From the NCBI GenBank assembly GCA_964187785.1, contig OZ076411.1, positions 67,828,001 through 67,892,000 on the forward strand: a DNA stretch of 64,000 bases, given 5' to 3'. This document shows, piece after piece, positions 1 through 13,996 of this stretch (within the stretch, counting starts at the first letter, position 1; the number at the start of each line of letters is the position of its first letter). Under the pieces are notes generated by a model. That model did not search any database and had not been told where the DNA came from. It saw nothing but the letters and a program-made list of their open reading frames with translations. Source of the stretch: Amphiscolops sp. MND2022. Lineage: Eukaryota. A program made the translations under genes and the position numbers.

Positions 1-230
1 AATTTGGTCGAAGAAGATGAACAACAGAACAGATGAACAAATTGTAAAAAGTGGACCATTCAGAGTGAGATTGTAGGCTGAAAAAGAAAAAAAAACTACC
101 CACAGTAATAGTCGGTTTTTTTTTCCTTAAGGGAAAAGGCGCCGACTAAAAACAACACTTTGTAATAGCCGGGCTTTTTTCTTAAGGAAAAAGGCGACGA
201 CTAAAATGAAAACAAGTCGGGAACGGCCCA

Positions 231-851
231 AGTCGGCGTCATATCTAAGGCTCAAAAATTTTCAAACTCAAGGAAAAACAGCCTATTGTGAAGTTTTTTA
301 TTTATCACACAGTGCCGAAAAATCCCGAAAGGGTTTTCCCCCAAAACTTGAAAACAGTTTTTTCTGCACTGTAAACATCAAAAAAACTATTTTGCCTTTG
401 AGAAAAATTAAAATTTTTCAAAAACGTTTTTGGTATACAAAGTAGCATAATGCCGAAAAACCCAAAAAGATACCCTTTAGGCTCATTAAACGTTTTTTTA
501 CAAACCGACAATTTCAAGAAAATTCAAGGGGGTATCCTTTGATAGAATTCAAAAATTTTCGGAAAAAAAGTCGCATAGTGCCGAAAAAATCCAAAGGGGG
601 GACCATTTGGTTTACCTTCTACTTTTGGAAACATTAAAAAACTTGTGATTTAGTGCGAGACTCGAACCCTATGTTCTCCTTCTGAAAGTTTGAAGCTTCT
701 GAAAGTCTGAATGAGCAAAAGAGTGGACCGATCGTTGAACTGACGAAAAAAAACTAGCCACAGTAAGAGTTGTGCATTTTCTTCAAAAACGCCGCCTAAA
801 AAGGGTCACTGTTGGATTCGGTCATTTTTGCGTCACAAAAAGCGTCGACTA
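231..851. repeat. HINE/DINE-1-like dispersed repeat, copy 1 (tandem end fragments also at ~110-205)
   Basis: Sub-terminal inverted AGTCGGCG.../...CGCCGACT, internal GCCGAAAAA...AAAGGGGGACCCTTTG subrepeats and a B-box-like GGTTCGAGTC on the minus strand near 660. Confidence 0.6.
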
Positions 852-3800
852 AAAACACATGAGTAAATGAAGAAAAACATAGGCGCAACGAGATGTCGGA
901 ATAGCTATGAGCACATACGCTAACTTTTGTTTATGTTGAAAACCTCAGCATATAACATTAGAACATAGTCGGATTAGATCCGGTCTCAGGAAAAGATACT
1001 TGAACTTGAATTCCGAAAATCCTGAAATTTTTGAACTTTTAATGTAAGTTTCGCAAAAAAATAACGATTATGTCAATAAGGTACGCAAAACATGCTGTCG
1101 CGCCAGTTAGTATCTTTTTCGGTCAGTTTCAAGTTTGGCCTGTTGTAAAATTCAAAAACATTTGCGAAACACCGAAAATTATGGTTTTTCTAATGAAACG
1201 GGGAAGGGAAAAGTTCTCGATTAATTTTTACATCGTTGGAGAGAGCCTTCGAATACAAAAAATTAGCAGCAACATAGATGGTCCGTGATGAAAAAGTTTC
1301 TAGAAAATACTTCAAACTTTACGAATGCAGAGAGTAAACATCGCGAAAAAAAACCCAAATCCACTTTTCCAAAAAAAATCTTTAGAGACTTTTTGTTAAG
1401 CTAAAAAAAAACAAGAAATACCGCATAACTTTACGGGTGCCAGGTGTATGCATCACAAAAAAACGGTAGTCATGAAATGTGAATTCTTGAAAAACTCAAA
1501 CTCATGACATTGGTCTCGAGACAACACATCCAACATTTCAGCCCAAGTCAATAAAAAAGCATTCAAATGAAAAAAGTACGATCAAAGAAGTTCAGTTTTT
1601 CTACCAAGAAATGAAAAATCCACTGCCTTCATTTCGCGAAAGTTTTCAAACCCATTTTGTTCTACAGAAAACCTCTCAAAAACAAGATATTTAGGCGAAA
1701 ACTACGAACTTTTCCAAAAAGTGTTTCAGGTAAATCGCATAGAGTCGACAACACTAAGTAGTTCTCCATGCTTGCAAAGTGTTTCGTTTCTAGTGAAAAT
1801 CGACTGAGGCTTTCTATGAAAACAAATTTGAAAGTTGCAAGGAAAAAACGCCGTCTTAAAAACAAACAAAATTCGGTGCTGAGAAAACTCGCATTGCCGA
1901 AAATTGTGGAAGTGGCTCATGGCTTTTTCAGAATCCAATTTGTTGCAAATTATCAGAAACAATGAAGAGAGAGACTTTTGGATTGAAAAGTTTCCAAAAA
2001 AGTCTCACAAACCAATAATAAATTTCTTGAAGCGCGAGACTCGAACCATCTTCTTCTTGCCTCTCAGACTTCAAAAAATCTTGATTAACCTATCTGCCAA
2101 AGTGACAGGTTACTAAGCAACAGCATATAATATAAAATCTTTCAGATCGTTGGTCTCAAAAATTTCATTGAAAGAAAGGCATTACTATAGTCTGCTCTTT
2201 CTACAATGATACGGCAATCAAGGTGTTATGCCGGTTGCAATTTTTTCATGGACCTCAGGAGTGTCTGGAAAATGTTCAAAGTAACGACAGATGGTAAAGT
2301 TTTTGTGTCATATAAAACAGCTTGCTTTCGTCATTTTTTTAAATGTTCATGAAAATTGCGTCTTGATTGTAAATTTCTACTGAACAAAATAATGTTTGAT
2401 TCAAGAAGCAAAATTTCTAATTCGAAAAGCTCACGTTATAATTTTTCATTTGAAATAAAGCTGCATAGAAAACACACAAAGGTGTGAATAAAAATGGAAA
2501 ATTGCGAGGGGAACACCTCTCAAAGTCAAAACAACTTTTCCCCTAACTAAAATAATCTCAAAAAACGGAAGCTTTTCTCAAGTAAACTTTTTGTCCACAA
2601 AAAGTTGCCCAGTGCCGACATCATTCAAAGGTGTCATCCTTTGGGCTCGTTTTTCTAACCCAAAGCATTCAAAAATCCAAAACAGCGAATTTCTAATAAA
2701 AGAGGTTCCTGAAATGGCACACAGAGCCCAAAAAAACTGCAACACTTTTTCATATACTCAAATATAAATATTGAGAAAACTTTGTAGCGGAAGCCTGTGG
2801 TACAACGAGTTTTCAAAAAAAGTCGACAAAAATTCGTTCAAATTTGACGTGGCAAATTGAGCATGTTTTGGCCAAAGTACCTGTCAAAACAGCTGTTCAG
2901 AAGACGAAGCAAGCAGCCCGCGGAGACGACCGAACGGGAACACGGAGTGTAGAAGCCCATGCGCTTAGAAAACTCATGAATAGACTCCTTTTGAGGTGCT
3001 AACTCCGGTTTTTACCAATTTTCAGCATTATGCCACCCATAGTAGCAAGACCCGGAAAAATGCGTCTTTTCGCTTAATTATCCTTTTTTGGTGCTTGGAG
3101 TCTTTGCGCCCCAGCTTGTAGCTGTGTGGTTGGCCATATTCGTGCCTATTTTGATGTTTTTTGTCATGCCCGCCAAGCATGAAGGAATTGAACGAACTCT
3201 AAAACATTAATTTATACATCAAACTCCCTAAAATACAGATCATCATGAAAATACATTGCAGTAATTTATTCCCCGAACAATACAGTTTTAAGTATAACAA
3301 CTGGAACTAACAGTCATCAATACTAAATTCATTCATGTTATTGTGCATCGTTTAGAAACCAAGACTGAAATATTCAGTCACAACAAATGATTCCCATAAA
3401 TAAGACTGAAACAATCAGTCATCAGCTATCGTGATAGTTTGTCATTTAATCATTCTTCATCCATTTTTTATATTACATGTAAAGTATTACCAGAATACTC
3501 AATCATTCATAACAATAACATTTCATTCATTCATATCAGCAATTTGTGCAATGCCTTTTAGTAATTATCCTCCAAACGATAATTGAATCAGTCACCATGA
3601 TGATAAGGATACACGGTAGTAAAGCCTCAGTTTAAGAGGTAATTGAGACAATTGCGTGCTAAAATGACTGGTGCTTGCGGTCATACTAGATCAGACATGA
3701 ATAATTAAACGCCGATTATCACCCGTCACGACTGTAGCCACCAGTCGTCAAGTGCAATTAAATAGCAATTAGTAAATCGATTGTCATTGGCTAAAAGGAA

Positions 3801-3963
3801 AAGTGCTAACACACCTTTATAGTTACACAATCGGGTAAAACCGAACACACACACAAGTTGTAACTATTGATATAACCAGTTGCCTACTACCTTGGTTACC
3901 AGTTATCAATCCTTATCTTAACATTAAAATGTTTCAATTCAACTTAAAACTTCCAGACTTTTC

Positions 3964-5070
3964 ATGGTAACTACCAGATCTCAAAGTATTCAAAATAGAC
4001 AAGTAGAAGCTGAAAATATGGATAGATCAAGCGATAACGAAAGTGAATCCAGTTTCCCTGAACTCTTATCCAGAGACCAAATTGTAGACCTTGACTCTGA
4101 CGACGTTTTAACTAGACGTCAAAATGGTAATAATTATAACATTGATCAACGATTTAACGAGATAAATAGACAGATCGGAGACCTTACCAATATAGTCCTT
4201 GCATTGACCAATCAGTTTGCCTCCGTTAATGGAGAAGGGAACAGACTAAATCCAGCAACTGCGAGTACTGACAGTCGTTCCGACATGGTGACAGGAGTCC
4301 CGAACCCACGACCATCAGGATATCGAACAACACCACCCAACGAGACACCAAGGAGTGACGAAAGTATTCCGCAGATAGCAGATGTGATGACGGAAATCCA
4401 CCATCTCCGCAGTACAATGGGGGAAACCTTGACCCAACCAAAAATCCTGCAGACCCAAGTACCTCTATTCAAGGGAAATCGAGACAAATACAATGAATTC
4501 GAGCATTTATTGCTCAACCACTTACGACCACATGCCCACAAACTAACTGAAGAACAAAAACTTAACTACTTTCCGAGTCTTCTCAGGGATGACGCAATTG
4601 AGTTTTGGCAAACCCTGACAATCACAACAGAAACGACACTGAGAGATATACTGACGGCATTCAAAAAAGAAAACGCAAAGGAAGAACTCTCAGAAGTCTC
4701 GAAGTTCAAATTCGACCAGCTACGATACGATCCGGCCACTGAGTCATTCAGTACCTTCCTCGCCAATTACAAAAAGATTGCCAAACAAGCATACGGCGAA
4801 AAGGCACAGGAAATTGTCCAGACCTTCCTGTTTGCCAAAATACCGATCCAGCTCCAAAACGAACTGGCATTTGCAGGAAAACACAATGCCAGCATTGAAG
4901 ACATCAAAACATTCGTCCAGAGAAGATGCCAATATGCCCAGTTATTACCAAATCAACAACTCCTCCAACCGTTCAACCAAGCTATCCAGACACAAGAAGT
5001 CCCAAACAAGCCAGTTGTTTAGAAAAGAAACGAAAACGAACGACCAACAATAAAAAAGAAATTCGATGGC
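3964..5070 (+). pseudogene. gag: gag of element A, first (duplicated, 3'-truncated) copy
   Basis: ORF 3964-5022 is nearly identical to ORF 5887-7224. It has a premature TAG at 5020-5022 and is cut at 5070 by the duplication junction. Confidence 0.9.
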
Positions 5071-5886
5071 TATTTTGATGTTTTTTGTCATGCCCGCCAA
5101 GCATGAAGAAATTAAACGAACTCTAAAACATTAATTTATACATCAAACTCCCTAAAATACAGATCATCATGAAAATACATTGCAGTAATTTATTCCCCGA
5201 ACAATACAGTTGAAAGTATAACAACTGGAACTAACAGTCATCAATACTAAATTCATTCATGTTATTGTGCATCGTTTAGAAACCAAGACTGAAATATTCA
5301 GTCACAACAAATGATTCCCATAAATAAGACTGAAACAATCAGTCATCAGCTATCGTGATAGTTTGACATTTAATCATTCTTAATCCATTTTTATATTACA
5401 TGTAAAGTATTACCAGAATACTCAATCATTCATAACAACAACATTTCATTCATTCATATCAGCAATTTGTACATTGCCTTTTAGTAATTATCCTCCAAAC
5501 GATAATTGAATCAGTCACCATGATGATAAGGATACACGGTAGTAAAGCCTCAGTTTAAGAGGTAATTGAGACAATTGCGTGCTAAAATGATTGGTGCTTG
5601 CGGTCATACTAGATCAGACATGAATAATTAAACGCCGATTATCACCCGTCACGACTGTAGCCACCAGTCGTCAAGTGCAATTAAATAGCAATTAGTAAAT
5701 CGAATGTCATTGGCTAAAAGGAAAGGTGCTAACACACCTTTATAGTTACACAATCGGGTAAAACCGAACACACACACAAGTTGTAACTATTGATATAACC
5801 AGTTGCCTACTACCTTGCTTACGAGTTATCAATCCTTATCTTAACATTAAAATATTTCAGTTCAACTTAAAACTTCCAGACTTTTC

Positions 5887-7422
5887 ATGGTTACTACCAG
5901 ATCTCAAAGTAGTCAAAATAGACAAGTAGAAGCTGAAAATATGGATAGATCAAGCGATAACGAAAGTGAATCCAGTTTCCCTGAACTCTTATCCAGAGAC
6001 CAAATTGTAGACCTTGACTCTGACGACGTTTTAACTAGACGTCAAAATGGTAATAATTATAACATTGATCAACGATTTAACGAGATAAATAGACAGATCG
6101 GAGACCTTACCAATATAGTCCTTACATTGACCAATCAGTTTGCCTCCGTTAATGGAGAAGGGAACAGACTAAATCCAGCAACTACGAGTACTGACAGTCG
6201 TTCCGACATGGTGACAGGAGTCCCGAACCCACGACCATCAGGATCTCGAACAACACCACCCAACGGGACACCAAGGAGTGACGAAAGTATTCCGCAGATA
6301 GCAGATGTGATGACGGAAATCCACCATCTCCGCAGTACAATGGGGGAAACCTTGACCCAACCAAAAATCCTGCAGACCCAAGTACCTCTATTCAAGGGAA
6401 ATCGAGACAAATACAATGAATTCGAGCATTTATTGCTCAACCACTTACGACCACATGCCCACAAACTAACTGAAGAACAAAAACATAACTACTTTCAGAG
6501 TCTTCTCAGGGATGACGCAATTGAGTTTTGGCAAACCCTGACAATCACAACAGAAACGACACTGAGAGATATACTGACGGCATTCAAAAAAGAAAACGCA
6601 AAGGAAGAACTCTCAGAAGTCCGAAGTTCAAATTCGACCAGCTACGATACGATCCGGCCACTGAGTCATTCAGTACCTTCCTCGCCAATTACCAAAAAGA
6701 TTGCCAAACAAGCCTACGGCGAAAAGGCACAGGAAATTGTCCAGACCTTCCTGTTTGCCAAATTACCGATCCAGCTCCAAAACGAACTGGCAATTGCAGG
6801 AAAACACAATGCCAGCATTGAAGACATCAAAACATTCGTCCAGAGAAGATGCCAATATGCCCAGTTATTACCAAATCAACAACTCCTCCAACCGTTCAAC
6901 CAAGCTATCCAGACACAAGAAGTCCCAAACAAGCCAGTTGTTCAGAAAAGAAACGAAAACGAACGACCAACAATAAAAAAGAAATTCGATGGCAATTGCA
7001 GATACTGCGCAATTTACGGACACAAATGGGCTGAGTGCCGAAAACGACTGCGTGACGAAGCAGCGGGCAACAACAACTCACAAGCACAGAAAAAGCCCGA
7101 ACAGCAAAACAACGACGCAGAAACACAACCAAAATACAATGCCAAACTGGTCTGCCAAATTTGCGGATATACAGGTCACTCCGCAAAAGACTGCCGTTAC
7201 AGAATACCCCAAACTTCCGCCTAAGGAAGCGTGCCATACAATAGGCAATCCACAAATGAAAACAGGGACTTCCGACGCGACTTCCGAAGAGCACACAACT
7301 ACCCTTACCCAGCAAATGAAATGAACGAACTTGCACCAGGGGACCAACAACAGCAAACCAGTGACGACTACTGCCAACAGGAATTCACCGAAGGATCATC
7401 CAGCCAGCCAAAAAACTTCTGA
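5887..7422 (+). pseudogene. gag: gag of element A, second copy, with two CCHC zinc knuckles
   Basis: CRYCAIYGHKWAEC and CQICGYTGHSAKDC. Relative to copy 1 there is a local frameshift near 6620-6700. A premature TAA at 7222-7224 is followed by continued reading to TGA at 7420-7422. Confidence 0.9.
7410..7416 (+). promoter_or_regulatory. Putative -1 ribosomal frameshift slippery site between gag and pol
   Basis: A AAA AAC heptamer in the gag frame, immediately before the gag stop. The -1 frame is open from 7416 into the pol ORF at 7458. Confidence 0.7.
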
Positions 7423-10400
7423 AGCCACGACATCCGACTGACTACTACAATAACAAAGTGCGCAACATGAACAACTACTACTATACAAAGAACTACAAAA
7501 ACCGGGCAACTGATCTTCGGCAGGATCAGAAACCTAAGACTACAACTACCCACGAAACAACCAATGACAAAGTGAACCCTCCCTCCGAACCAACGGACGT
7601 GAACTTACAAACGACAGAAGACAAACAGCACTCTAACTCGACTACAACGACTGATTGTATAAGGAAAACATTGAACCGAAAGAAAGACGTGGCGATCCAG
7701 GTGTTAACAGCAACACTCCAATTAAACAAAAAGGACAAGATGTTGTACGTCCCATTGCAATTCCGAGAATACGAGAACCACGGACTCCTCGACACAGGAG
7801 CAATAAAAAGTGCAATGTCAGAGGACGAACTCAGACGAATCCTGTCTGCACACCCAGCCGCACTTCTCGAAGAGTACCCAGCACCGGACTTCAAAGTCCA
7901 AATCGCAAACGGAAGCATCCTCCCAGTCCGGAAACAGGTACTACTTCGCTTCTTCATCGGAGGTAAAGTATTCGAGGAAACCTTCATGATTCTTCCAACC
8001 ATGGGTAACATCTTGATCGGAATGTCAATTTTCAAAAAGTATTCAGTGACACTCGACCTTGCCAACAACGTAGTCAGGTTCCCGGACATTACCCTGCAAC
8101 TAAAACCAGAAAGAGGACGATACAAAATCCAGATGATCGAATTACGAACGACACAGAAAACAGTCATACAACCGGACCACCAAATCATTGTCCCCGTCCT
8201 AGGAGAAAGGGACCTCGGGACAATCCAGGGCACAGTGGAAACCTTTCCTGCCTTTGAAAGGAAGACACAATTACTGGTGTCCCCCGCCCTAACGCAAATC
8301 ACTGAGACGAAAAGCCATGTCCAGATCACCAACCTCACCTGCCATACAATTACCCTCAACCCGAACACGACAGTGGCCACCTTCAAAATAATGACTCCCA
8401 ATCAAGCAAAAAACCTACAACCGATGTCAAACGAACAATTGACACTTATAACCAAATACCCGGACGAAGCCAACAACGTACTGAACCAGCTGTTCCAGGA
8501 ACCCGGCACTGAAACCAACCGCAGATGGTACCCAACCCCGGAGACATGTGATGACCCGTCCAAGCTGAACCGCATTGAAAGGCGGATATATGACGAAATC
8601 ACTCAACTCCGTGAAGGAGAGAAACTGGACCCAACAGCAGACGACCAACAGCGCAAGGAGTTCCTTGCTAACTTCAAATGGGAAAACGCAATCCTGAATG
8701 AACACGAACAACAACAGATTGAGAACCTCCTTGTGAAGTACAACAATGTATTCGCCAGACACCGCCTCGACATAGGCATCAATACTGACTTCAAAATCAA
8801 ACTCACTCCGAAGCATGATGAACCAGTCTACGCGCAGAGCTTACCTACACCCACCAACCTCAAAGATGACCTGCTCGTCGAACTAGCGCTGATGCAAGAG
8901 TACGGGATCATCACGACGTTGCCGTACAGCAAGTATTCCTCACCAATATTTGCTCAGCGCAAACCCAATGGGAAACTTCGCATTCTTGTAGACCTGCGCA
9001 GAATCAACCACCTCTTGAAAAATGATTACAACCAACATAATCATCCAGTCACCACCATCACCGACACCGCCCAGCACATGGCAGGGAAGAAGTACTTATG
9101 CAAGCTGGACTGCTCGCAGGCGTACCACTGTTTGCAGATGGCGGATGAACAATCCATACAACTCTTGGCATTTAATTTTGGAAGTCGAACTTTTGCTTAT
9201 CTACGACTGGCACAAGGACTCAACCGATCCCTATCAGCATTCAACAGCACGGTACGAGAATACGTTGATGCACTGGTGAAAGCGGATAAATGTGCCCAAT
9301 ATGTCGACGACATTGGGATTGCTGCCCACACGGTAGATGAGCCACTGTCAAACATTGAAGCTGTGTTTCAACAAATCCAAAAAGAAGGACTGAAATTGTC
9401 GATGTCAAAATGTGCGTTTGGCCATCCACAGATTGATTTCCTCGGGAGAAGCATCACATCAAAACATCAAAGGGTGTCGCCCCACTTGAAGACAAGATCG
9501 ACGACTTCCTCAAGAAGATCAAATTGCCCACATCAATCAAATCTCTCCAAAGGTACATCGGGTTTGTCCAGTTCTACAGGCAGTACATACCACGCCTAGC
9601 AGAAAAACTCACCCCACTGTACAAACTACTTCAAAAAGACGTCAAATTCCAGTTGACCCAGCAGCACAAGGACATCATCTTTGAGATTAAGGAAAATCTT
9701 GCCAAAGCTGCGAAACTTTCGCTGCGTCTGCCGTTACCCGATAAACAGCTTGTTATAATCTGCGACGCCAGCGAGCATGCGGCAGGATATGTCCTCCTGA
9801 TAGAAGACTATACCGAAACAAACGATGGACCACTGAAGACGTACGCCCCAGTATCATTTGGATCCCAACGATTCACGGAGGGCCAAATGTCCTCAACAAT
9901 GTACGCAAAGGAATTCCTGGCGATGCATTTCGCATTCGACGAATTCGCACACATGCTCTGGGGTGTCAAAAAACCAACAACAGTAATGACGGACAATAAA
10001 GCACTGACCCGATTTTTTCAGTCTAAACGGATTCCCCCGAAGCTATGGAATTACTGCGATCAGACGCTTCAATTCGAATTCGTACTTGCCCATGTTCCGG
10101 GAACTGAGAACCCTGCTGCAGACTACCTGTCTCGTCTTGACATACGACCAGAGGAAAGAATACACCTCAAACTCAACGACGAGATACCAGTCTTCCACGT
10201 CGAGATCGACCTGGCATCAAGAACACCCAAGCAGGACGAAGAAGAAGAAGAATACATACCTGATGACCAACACACTACCACCACCAAACAAACTGAAGCC
10301 ATCAACGCCATCCTGGACCAGGTCCCCATGTGCAGCAACGAATCGAGTGGACAGTTTCTCGAGAGGATAGAAACCATCCGTCATCAAACCACACCCATCA

Positions 10401-12225
10401 TCACAGGGCAACATGACGAGATGACGTTCACCAGATTCAGACGAAAGCTTCATGACAACGTGGTAAACCAGGTATGCCCCATTGGGGAGTTTCAAATCAT
10501 CCAGGATCAAGTCGTAAACCTTGACATCCAACGCATGATTAGAGTTTTGAACCAAAAGATAAACCCTTCCTAATCATGTGAACTTTGAAAGTCAGTTTTT
10601 CCAAAAACTAGTTAAAAACAAGAAACGACTTGAAGTAGTGAACAACGTTTTGTACAGGAATTTTTTTGATGGTACAGGTAAAATCAAGTGTAAACAAGTT
10701 GTCACTCCCCCTGAAACCATTCGAAAAATCATTCAATCACTGCACGATGACCCTCTGCAAGGTCACCCTGGTTGTAACAAAATGCTCCATGAACTGCGTA
10801 AAGGGTACTACTCAGCAAACCTCTCTGAACTGGTACTGCAATACGTCTCGAACTGCCAGGACTGCATCCGCTCAAAACCAATCCGAAAAGCTGCAATCAC
10901 ACCACCACTTCAACAAATATACGACCGCTGCAACGGCCCAGAAGACATACTAGAAATTGATTTAGTCGGTGAAAATCCCACCTTCCAACGGATTCACACA
11001 CATCCTCACCGCATGCGACTACTTTTCTAGGTACCTCTTCGCAATACCAATCCGTAAACCGGACACAAAGTCGGTCGTGGAAGCACTCATGCAAATCTTC
11101 ACGCAGCACTCGTATGTACCCAAAACAATCTTAACTGACAAGGGAACGACATTCACATCTCAACTACTCAACTCCCTGATGGAGTCTGCCGGTATAAAAA
11201 TCGAACATGCCTCTGTAAAACACGCACAAACGATTGGGATGGTTGAACGTTCCCATCAAAAACTGAAACAAATTCTCAAAATCAACATCTCAGCTGATTC
11301 ACCACAATGGCACAAATACGTCAACATGGCCGTAATGGCCCATAACACAACCTACCACCAGGCTATCCGATGCACACCCACTGAAATTTTCCACGGACGT
11401 GTTCCGTTCAATGCCCTTGACGTCAAATTTGGCCATCCATTAACCGAACAACGTAACACCACTGACGTCACTGGAATACTAGATAACATGAACAAAAAAT
11501 TCCAACAAACTCATGACAACATAATCGAAGCCTTTTACAAATACAAGAATTACTACGACCGAAAAGCGCAAGCTTCACCTCTGAAAGTAAATGATTTCAC
11601 CTTTCTGCTAAACAAAAGACTGTCTCAGCAATCTGACAAAATTCCATTCAAGGAATTCAAGTGGGAAGGCCCATACAAAGTGGTCAAAGTCTTGTCAAAT
11701 TCAAATTACATCATACGTAAGATTGGCACTCTTCGCACCCAATGCGTTCACAGAATGAGGCTTCGCCCATTCACGCCAAACGCACCAATCGAAGACATTC
11801 AAGACAATGCATCACAATATTTCGAAGATCCTGACGCCCTCAACGAACAGGAGTTATTTGACAATAACCTACCCGATCATGTCCATGAACAGCCACAACA
11901 AATAATACCTGAACAATCAAACTTCGAAGAGTTACACGCAGACCATGGAATGATCTACTACGAACGGCAAAACATAGAATCTGATCAAAACATCTCCATA
12001 CCTGAAAGCCAAGCTGAAACACAAGAACCACAACCGGATAATGCTAGCATGAACAATTCTGAACACCAAACAAATGACCGCCCTCCAGCGCCATCGCGAC
12101 ACACCATGTCTCGATACGGGCTCAGACACAACCCAAAACCTACCACGTACCCTGGTTTCTTAATGCACGAATTACATGGAACGCCTTCACTGCAACAGTT
12201 ACTTCTGAAAAACAGAAACCTGTAA
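7416..12225 (+). pseudogene. pol: pol of element A (protease, RT, RNase H, integrase), broken by frameshifts
   Basis: LLDTGA (protease), QYVDD (RT), CDASEHAAGYVL (RNase H), H-x6-HPG...CQDC zinc finger, ILTDKG and VERSH (integrase), WEGPYKV (GPY/F), spread over ORFs 7458-9599, 9524-10573, 10578-11030 and 10969-12225. Confidence 0.95.
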
Positions 12226-13996
12226 AACACCCATCCCTCATTGCATTTCTCAAACCAACGACTGCTAACAGCAGTCATAAACAGTCTCGCTCGTTGACCG
12301 TAAAAGTAATTGTTTTACAATTACGCCCCTATATACCAGTACTCAACAAACAGTATTGAAAATTCCGGACAACCTAGCACACAATCCAATTAATACGATT
12401 AAATGACCATCCACTTCCGTCGACACTGTTTGAGCTGTCTAATTACTTAGCATCAACCACTACGTAAGAAGCAAACAAACGGTAACATAACGACTGCAAA
12501 CGCCAATCATCCCAACACTCGCGGTCCGGAAGCACACGTAGCGCGCAAAAGTGTGAACGATAATTTATTCAATTCACACCAAAACTACTACATCAACAAT
12601 CGAAACGAAACACTTCGCTTAGAAAACCGTCGAAACACAACTAACGAAACGTGAACGAAAACAACGTTCCCTACAAGCGCAACAAACTAACAGTGACGAT
12701 CTGCTGCCTGGCAAACGTTAGGACAACACAACCAATATTCCACCCATTTCGACTTAAACCCATAGTGCTGGCTGTGTGGGTGCGTCGTCGAAAAGCGCGC
12801 TTGTGTGGTTGGTCGTCACCATACAGATGAAGGTTGCTCTTTAGCAACTGGATTCAGTGTTAGTTTTGTATAGGTGGTTCCGACGGGAATTCACCTTTTC
12901 CAATGAACTGAACATCAAAAGAAAAAAACTTACCAAATCCAGAAAACAATGAATCCCCGGCCCCTTAAAAGTAACCAGATATGCGAAGGCTTCGCCTCGT
13001 TTGGGAAAAGATTCAGGAGTGCGCGGCCCCAACCTCCGCTTAGTATTAAAATCCACACACACCCATAGTTCTCAGTCCAACAACTTCCTACCACCGAAGT
13101 TAACATAATGTAAGAACCCGCGATCTTGACGACACACATCACGTATGATGACGTCCCACGACACACATCAACGATGATGACGTCGCGTACACAGACCGCT
13201 ACATGTAATATATTGAAACCCACTAAAATACATGTAAAATAGTCCATAAGACTTATAACATGAATCTTACATGCAAACAAAATAAGTCATGCATCAAATC
13301 AAGGATACACTCCTTGAGTTTTCCGTCATTGAAATGAACAAACTGCTCAGCCACGTACCTTGCAGTGCGGTGCTAAGGACTGGAAAGCCAGGGTCTAAAT
13401 GTCTCGTTACCATTCTCGAGCCTTCACTAACAACTTACATGAAAACCTGGCTCTCGAGTACCATGCACAGCACAGTTCGACGCGTGAACAAATGTTTATG
13501 TTAGTAGTTACCGCAGTGACAACCATAACCAATATGAACTTCCTCAAAAAACTCTCTGAAGACGCCGTAACAATTAGAGCGTAAGTCCACTCGAAACCAT
13601 AGCGAAGTATGAGTTACCCCATACACACACTTAAGAAAGTCAAAGTCAGTCCAGCATCATGCATAAACGTACATACAAACAACAAAAAAAGCAAGCATAA
13701 GAGCCATGCAACTTAAGGTTTCATGTCCGACAAAAAAAATGAAATTGTCACATGCAAAACAAGTGAAAAACCTCTTGTGACGTCCGAACTGTCCAGTCCT
13801 AAGGAAAAACAAAGAAGAGTACTATGATGGTTGAAACCATCTAATTAAATTACTAGAAAGTGCAAAACCTACTCAGGCCAAAATAAAATGCAGCATACAA
13901 AGCAAATCACAATATCAGGACTCAATAAATAAACAAAAAGCTGAAAACACAAAGAAATATGGAAAGTCTGATTACTAATACAAGTCCTTCTGCCAA

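Noticed and set aside
7526-8401. 291-aa minus-strand ORF
   Set aside because: It lies exactly antisense to the pol protease region and has no independent motifs; a shadow ORF caused by codon bias. The same applies to the antisense ORFs over gag-pol of C, D and E.
12841-13600. Short ORFs downstream of pol as further exons of the antisense gene or an env gene
   Set aside because: No signal peptide or transmembrane env pattern was seen, and no in-frame splice link to ORF 13997-15307, which ends at its own stop.
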